Positions 58,900 through 63,132 of a stretch of 63,132 bases of DNA are shown in pieces. Both the position numbers and the translations under genes were made by a program. The number at the start of each line of letters is the position of its first letter. The stretch's first letter is position 1. The DNA is from Spirochaetales bacterium (GTDB lineage Bacteria; Spirochaetota; GWE2-31-10). The stretch lies in NCBI GenBank assembly GCA_050872545.1, contig JBNMHA010000002.1:1-63132 (forward strand), written 5' to 3'. Under the pieces are notes generated by a model. It had not been told where the DNA came from. It worked only from the letters and a program-made list of their open reading frames with translations, and did no database searches.

Positions 58900-59226
58900 A
58901 TGGAACAGATAGAATTGAGGCAGCGACTTTCTGCGAACTTAAAAAAACAGCGCAAAGATAAAAATTGGTCACAGTTTGAATTGGCGGAAAGAGCCGATAT
59001 TTCAGAACAAACCGTAAACAGTATCGAAAGTCATCGATTGTGGCCGAGTGATAAGACGTTGATTAAGCTTGCCGGTGCATTGAAAATTGACATTTACAAG
59101 TTATTTTTGCCGGATGAAAAAAGCATAGATATTGAAAGTGAAAAGAAGACTATTATTTGCAATTCGATTCGAGAAAGTGTCAAAAAACTGGTAGATGAAA
59201 CTTTACTGAAGTATTCAGATTTGTGA
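58900..59226 (+). CDS. XRE-family HTH transcriptional regulator
   Basis: 108 aa. LKKQRKDKNWSQFELAERADISEQTVNSIESHR is a typical HTH_3. Confidence 0.88.
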   Translation: MEQIELRQRLSANLKKQRKDKNWSQFELAERADISEQTVNSIESHRLWPSDKTLIKLAGALKIDIYKLFLPDEKSIDIESEKKTIICNSIRESVKKLVDETLLKYSDL

Positions 59227-59238
59227 GTTTATAAAAAG

Positions 59239-59319
59239 AGCTGTCTAATAAGTTTAACATGCAGTTGATATAGTTTGCAGTTCTGAACTTGTCGAAGGAA
59301 CAAACGTTATTAGACAGCT
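59239..59319. repeat. 13-bp perfect inverted repeat between convergent genes (possible long-loop bidirectional terminator)
   Basis: agctgtctaataa ... ttattagacagct, 55-nt spacer. Confidence 0.45.
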
Positions 59320-59326
59320 AAATTGT

Positions 59327-60070
59327 TTACTTATTTGCTTTTGTGCTGATTTTATACCCAAAACTCAATGAAAAACTGTGAAGCGGAGCTCCGAGTATCG
59401 GAATATCATAGGAATAAATAAATTTCCCGACAAAACCGCGATAGTATATTCCCAATCCGCCGCCGACTGTCGGACCATAGAGCAAATCTACAACAGCCGC
59501 AAGCTGCTTATTTTTTATGCTGCCGAACATGAATTGATCTACAAGCGAAAAAGTGAAGTTACCTATTACAGACCATTTGCGATCTTTAACATCTTCGTTT
59601 TCGTAATCTCTGTCGGCTACGTAGTAAGGAAGGTCGCTTGATTTAGGGTGCAGTACATCATTGAAGCCGTTACTTGCACGCACAATATCGACTTTGAAGC
59701 GGACTCCGTGTCCCATTGCAAAATATTTCGAGAACCCATAATTATATGTAAAACCAGTTGTAACATGCCCTCCTATGACAAAACCGTAGCCGTTGCCGCC
59801 GTGATCGTAACAATGTGATGCTCCTAGTCCGCCTGTCATTTCAAAAAAGTGACGTTTCCAATTTTTTCCGGCATTGTAGCGTTCTTTTTTGGACTTAAAA
59901 ACATCCTCTTTCGGGATTTTAATTAAAACGCAGTCATCTGTAGTGTCTTCTATAACTGTTCCGTCAATTTTTTCTCCGCTTTTCAGGTAAAACGTTTCTG
60001 CAAAGGAACAAAATGCTGTTCCAAAAATTAAAGCCAGTATAATCAATTGTTTAATAATAGTTTTCTTCAT
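59327..60070 (-). CDS. Putative outer-membrane beta-barrel protein
   Basis: 247 aa. Signal peptide, then a Gly/aromatic-rich alternating pattern. Confidence 0.55.
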   Translation of the reverse strand: MKKTIIKQLIILALIFGTAFCSFAETFYLKSGEKIDGTVIEDTTDDCVLIKIPKEDVFKSKKERYNAGKNWKRHFFEMTGGLGASHCYDHGGNGYGFVIGGHVTTGFTYNYGFSKYFAMGHGVRFKVDIVRASNGFNDVLHPKSSDLPYYVADRDYENEDVKDRKWSVIGNFTFSLVDQFMFGSIKNKQLAAVVDLLYGPTVGGGLGIYYRGFVGKFIYSYDIPILGAPLHSFSLSFGYKISTKANK

Positions 60071-61085
60071 TGTGCACCTCGATATTTTTTAGAATGCTTA
60101 AATACAGATCGTATCCACCCAAACCGCCCGGTCTGTCAGAAGAGAAAATAATGAGTTCAGGTAAGTCATCGTCTGATGATTTTTGATGGTCGTAGAATGA
60201 ATAGCAAGAAACCCTGTATTCGTTATGCTCTGTATTGACGTTGCTGCCTAAATTTTTAGGTTCACCGAAATTTCCGGATGAATCTTTTTTACTGTAATAA
60301 ATATCTGTTCCGCCGAATCCACCTTTGCGGTCTGATATAAAAAACAAATAATCGTTGTAAATATACGGACATTCATCATTTGCCGCAGGGTCATTGATTG
60401 CAGTAATCGGTTTGGCTTTTGTCAAAATTTCAGGTGACGATAAAATATTTATAATATTATCATCCGTGTCGCTGTTATATTCATAACTGTAGATATTGAA
60501 CTTTCCGTCTTTGTCGCTACAGTAATATATAACTTCGTTTGCTTCATCAATGCTGATATAAAGTTCATTGCTGGTATTTGTGTTTCCGCCGAAATTAAAA
60601 GTTTTTACTTTATTATTTTTGTCGATATAGGTTCCCAGAATGTTGTAATCTCCGGTAACATCTTTTGTATCAGTACGATTTGTAGAAACTAAGTATACTT
60701 CCTTGTCGAGGTATTCTGAATAAATTTTTACCGGACCGCGCTCTTCTGCGGATGTATTAAGGTAAGTAATTTCCGAACCTCGTTCTGTTTTCAGGTAATT
60801 TTCGCCGCTTTCTCGTTTTAATATAAACTCAATGTGACCGTTGTAAATATCGTAGCCGTTGTCTATTCCGAATTTATTGTATTCTGTGGCATAAATTATA
60901 TCCAATGTTTTTTTTGTGAATGCATTCGGACCGGCAGAATTGTAATCATTCCTTTCGCTGTTAAGCCCCCATAAATTGTGTGTTCCCGGGTTGATAATGC
61001 AGTAATTTTCACCTTTGCAAATGGTAAAATTACAAGATGTAATTAACAGCAAAGATGCAAAAATTGACATCGCGCTTTTTTTCAT
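60051..61085 (-). CDS. Lipoprotein with PD40/TolB-like beta-propeller repeats
   Basis: 344 aa. Lipobox LLITSC. Repeats YLFFISDRKGGFGGTDIYYS and LIIFSSDRPGGLGGYDLYLS. Confidence 0.7.
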   Translation of the reverse strand: MKKSAMSIFASLLLITSCNFTICKGENYCIINPGTHNLWGLNSERNDYNSAGPNAFTKKTLDIIYATEYNKFGIDNGYDIYNGHIEFILKRESGENYLKTERGSEITYLNTSAEERGPVKIYSEYLDKEVYLVSTNRTDTKDVTGDYNILGTYIDKNNKVKTFNFGGNTNTSNELYISIDEANEVIYYCSDKDGKFNIYSYEYNSDTDDNIINILSSPEILTKAKPITAINDPAANDECPYIYNDYLFFISDRKGGFGGTDIYYSKKDSSGNFGEPKNLGSNVNTEHNEYRVSCYSFYDHQKSSDDDLPELIIFSSDRPGGLGGYDLYLSILKNIEVHNEENYY

Positions 61086-61105
61086 TTTATTCTCCTTTTT
61101 ATAAA

Positions 61106-62080
61106 TTATTTAATTACCAGTTTTTCTTTTGATGTTAAAAAAGCATCAGGATCAAGCGGATCCGGTTCAATGTTAAGAATGTGAGTATCGTAATAACCTG
61201 AACGGCGCAAAATTCGTTTGATGTTTCTGTACGTTTCGTTTCTGTTGTCACCGGATTTTTTCCCGGTTGGAATATTTTCATTCAGGCAGTAAATTCCGTC
61301 CTTTTCATCATATTTGTTTTGGATAAAAGTTTTGTCTTCTTCATTTATTTTAGTCAATATTTCGTTAAAATCAGTCGCTTCAATTTTGACATTGCCCAAC
61401 GGAGTAAAATCCCATTCCGAAATTAAGTAGCCGTTCTCATTCAAAATGTGAATACTGCCGTTTTCAGCCCAATCAGGAATTGTAAAAGTTACTTGATACG
61501 GTGTAATTGTTTCCAAATCGTAGGAACTACTGCTGGTCAATGGCGACATATCCTCGAAATTACGCATTTTCGTATTCGGCGCGCTGCCGTTCAGCCAAAC
61601 CAGTGGATAGCCGTCATCAAGCAGCAGCTTTGCCTTTTCTTTGCTGAATGTGTCGATATTGAAAAATGCTTTTTCCGATGTTACGGTAACTTTATTTTCA
61701 CTCTTTGCTAATGTCAGCGTTTCCGGGTATTTAATAAGCAGTGCTTTTCCAAAAAAACTATCTGACGAAATAGCTTTAGGCGGTACTGTAAATGAACAGC
61801 TTGTTTCATTAAAGTCACCGGATGTTACTATTATAGACCATTCAGAATATATGTTATTGCCGGTTTTTACCCCTGAAAACTGACCACGAACAGAATGTGA
61901 AAGTCCCCAAGTTGTTGTTTTGCAGCTATTACCACCCTTGCATATAACTTCTATTGTGTCGCCTACAACCGCAGAAGATTGTTCAAGTTCGTAAGCATTG
62001 TCATCTAATCGCGGTTCTGGTACAAAACAGCCTATTAAAAGAAACAAGGTAACTAAAAACAAAATTATTAATTTTTGCAT
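61106..62080 (-). CDS. Hypothetical lipoprotein
   Basis: 324 aa. Lipobox LLIGC and an AAGGAA RBS. Confidence 0.6.
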   Translation of the reverse strand: MQKLIILFLVTLFLLIGCFVPEPRLDDNAYELEQSSAVVGDTIEVICKGGNSCKTTTWGLSHSVRGQFSGVKTGNNIYSEWSIIVTSGDFNETSCSFTVPPKAISSDSFFGKALLIKYPETLTLAKSENKVTVTSEKAFFNIDTFSKEKAKLLLDDGYPLVWLNGSAPNTKMRNFEDMSPLTSSSSYDLETITPYQVTFTIPDWAENGSIHILNENGYLISEWDFTPLGNVKIEATDFNEILTKINEEDKTFIQNKYDEKDGIYCLNENIPTGKKSGDNRNETYRNIKRILRRSGYYDTHILNIEPDPLDPDAFLTSKEKLVIK

Positions 62081-62115
62081 ATTATTTCCTTAATTAACCA
62101 AGCAATTCGCTTCAT

Positions 62116-62199
62116 AAAATAAGTGCAGCACAGTATTTACCGCACTGCACCTGATAAATTATTCTGTTATCTCATTGCCGTTTTCATCGACAATGATTA
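62116..62199. repeat. 84-bp junction repeat (terminator hairpin plus the 3' end of a lipoprotein paralog), copy 1
   Basis: Matches 62709-62792 with a handful of substitutions. Confidence 0.9.
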
Positions 62200-62695
62200 G
62201 TTTTTCCGCAGAGAAACCGCAGTTGCTTAAACCTAAACCTTCCAGTTTTATTATACCGCTGATTGCTTTTGCAGGTACGATACAACGAATTTCTCCTTCG
62301 CCGGTTTTCGGGTCAAAGTTATAATAAGTGTATTTGTCCGGATTTATTGCTTCACTGAGGCTATATTCTCCATTTCCATAATGTACTGAAATCTTACCGT
62401 CTTTAGTTTGAGTATGCGGCTTTGCATTTTCTTCAAATTTCAGATTAAAATTAACCAGATTTTGGTTATTACCAAGCTGACCGTCTACGATTTTGATGTC
62501 TTGTAAATGAGCATGATATATAGAATCATAAAAAACATTAAACTTTATAGTCAATTCTTTGCCTCGCTGTATTTTAGCGGGGAGCATTTTTATATCGTAT
62601 ATATCCATGTCATAATCACCCAATACTGTATCTTCATTTTCACAGCAGCTTATAAATAATAATAGTAGAATAAAGTTTAAAATAGTTCGCTTCAT
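62159..62695 (-). CDS. Hypothetical lipoprotein, tandem paralog A
   Basis: Start MKRTILNFILLLLFISCC after a GGAGAC RBS. C-terminus ...AEKLIIVDENGNEITE. Confidence 0.65.
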   Translation of the reverse strand: MKRTILNFILLLLFISCCENEDTVLGDYDMDIYDIKMLPAKIQRGKELTIKFNVFYDSIYHAHLQDIKIVDGQLGNNQNLVNFNLKFEENAKPHTQTKDGKISVHYGNGEYSLSEAINPDKYTYYNFDPKTGEGEIRCIVPAKAISGIIKLEGLGLSNCGFSAEKLIIVDENGNEITE

Positions 62696-62708
62696 AACGT
62701 CTCCTTGT

Positions 62709-62792
62709 AAAATAAGTGCAACACAGTATTTACCGCACTGCACCTTATGAATTATTTTGTTACCTCATTGCCGTTTTCATCGACAATGATTA
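62709..62792. repeat. 84-bp junction repeat, copy 2
   Basis: See 62116-62199. Confidence 0.9.
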
Positions 62793-63132
62793 ACCTTTCA
62801 CCGGAATATCCTCCTCGTGCAAATCCCATTGGGTCAGTTGTCCAGATATACCCGGATTTTGCATTAGCCGGTACTATAAATTCCACTAATACAACATCTC
62901 GCCGTTCTTCTTTTGATTTAAGTATACCTTGAATCGAAACATATTCTGTTACTTCTACATAGGAAGCATTATCATCTTGTTTTGAACAAATTTTAGTTAT
63001 ATTTCCTCTCATCCGTGATTCATCATCAGGAAAATTAGAGTTTATGTCCTTATGTGTACCTATATATTTTATCTTTCCGTCGTTAGTGATTTCAAAATCT
63101 TTGTTATAATCTAAGCCGTTGGTGCAATTCCA
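62752..63132 (-). CDS. Lipoprotein tandem paralog B, 5' end beyond the window
   Basis: The frame stays open to the window edge (WNCTNGLDYNKDFEITNDGKIKY...). C-terminus ...GERLIIVDENGNEVTK. Confidence 0.6.
   Translation of the reverse strand, partial: WNCTNGLDYNKDFEITNDGKIKYIGTHKDINSNFPDDESRMRGNITKICSKQDDNASYVEVTEYVSIQGILKSKEERRDVVLVEFIVPANAKSGYIWTTDPMGFARGGYSGERLIIVDENGNEVTK

Noticed and set aside
62116-62792. DGR-style template/variable repeat pair for the repeated lipoprotein 3' ends
   Set aside because: The differences between the copies are not adenine-specific, the repeat covers mostly terminator and intergenic sequence, and there is no reverse transcriptase gene.

Overview
This is a low-GC bacterial chromosome segment centred on the replication-origin neighbourhood. 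The minus strand carries rpmH-rnpA-yidD-yidC-jag and dnaA-dnaN-recF-DUF721, with TTATTAACA-type DnaA boxes on both sides of dnaA. The other core blocks are: an argJ-argB-argD-carA-carB operon; polA; a tRNA cluster (Ser x3, Arg) followed by SRP RNA-dnaX-ybaB-recR; a two-component system; radA; a 7-gene V-type ATPase operon (E, DUF2764, A, B, D, I, K); and uvrB. The gene order, the V-ATPase type and the many lipobox proteins suggest a spirochaete (Treponema-like), but this is inference only. I recognised no complete known defence or mobile system (no integrase, transposase, RT, cas or restriction genes). The unusual material is concentrated in four places. (1) 1-954 is an ORF-free, GC-enriched mosaic of tandem hairpin modules next to a conserved Rpn-type promoter. 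(2) 22.9-26.0 kb is an islet holding a solitary HipA-like kinase and a 5'-frameshifted Rpn-family nuclease gene. Two-hairpin direct repeats bracket the Rpn gene, and the hairpin stems show compensatory substitutions. (3) Two identical 20-bp CACGTG palindromes bracket the HAD-polA pair; beside them is a PilZ plus ParA/MinD operon with a G8 tract inside its Walker A codons. (4) 54.2-63.1 kb is a lipoprotein-rich accessory island. It contains single-gene insertions bracketed by exact 24-36 bp direct repeats, two paralogous CxxC mini-proteins, an XRE regulator with palindromic operators, a lipoprotein/PD40-propeller/OMP operon and tandem lipoprotein paralogs. Smaller observations are an A11 slippery tract in dnaX, a frameshifted SPOR lipoprotein, a 5'-nucleotidase homolog with a degenerate active site and a tRNA-like relic. 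All calls rest on reading the sequence and ORF translations by eye; no searches were run.
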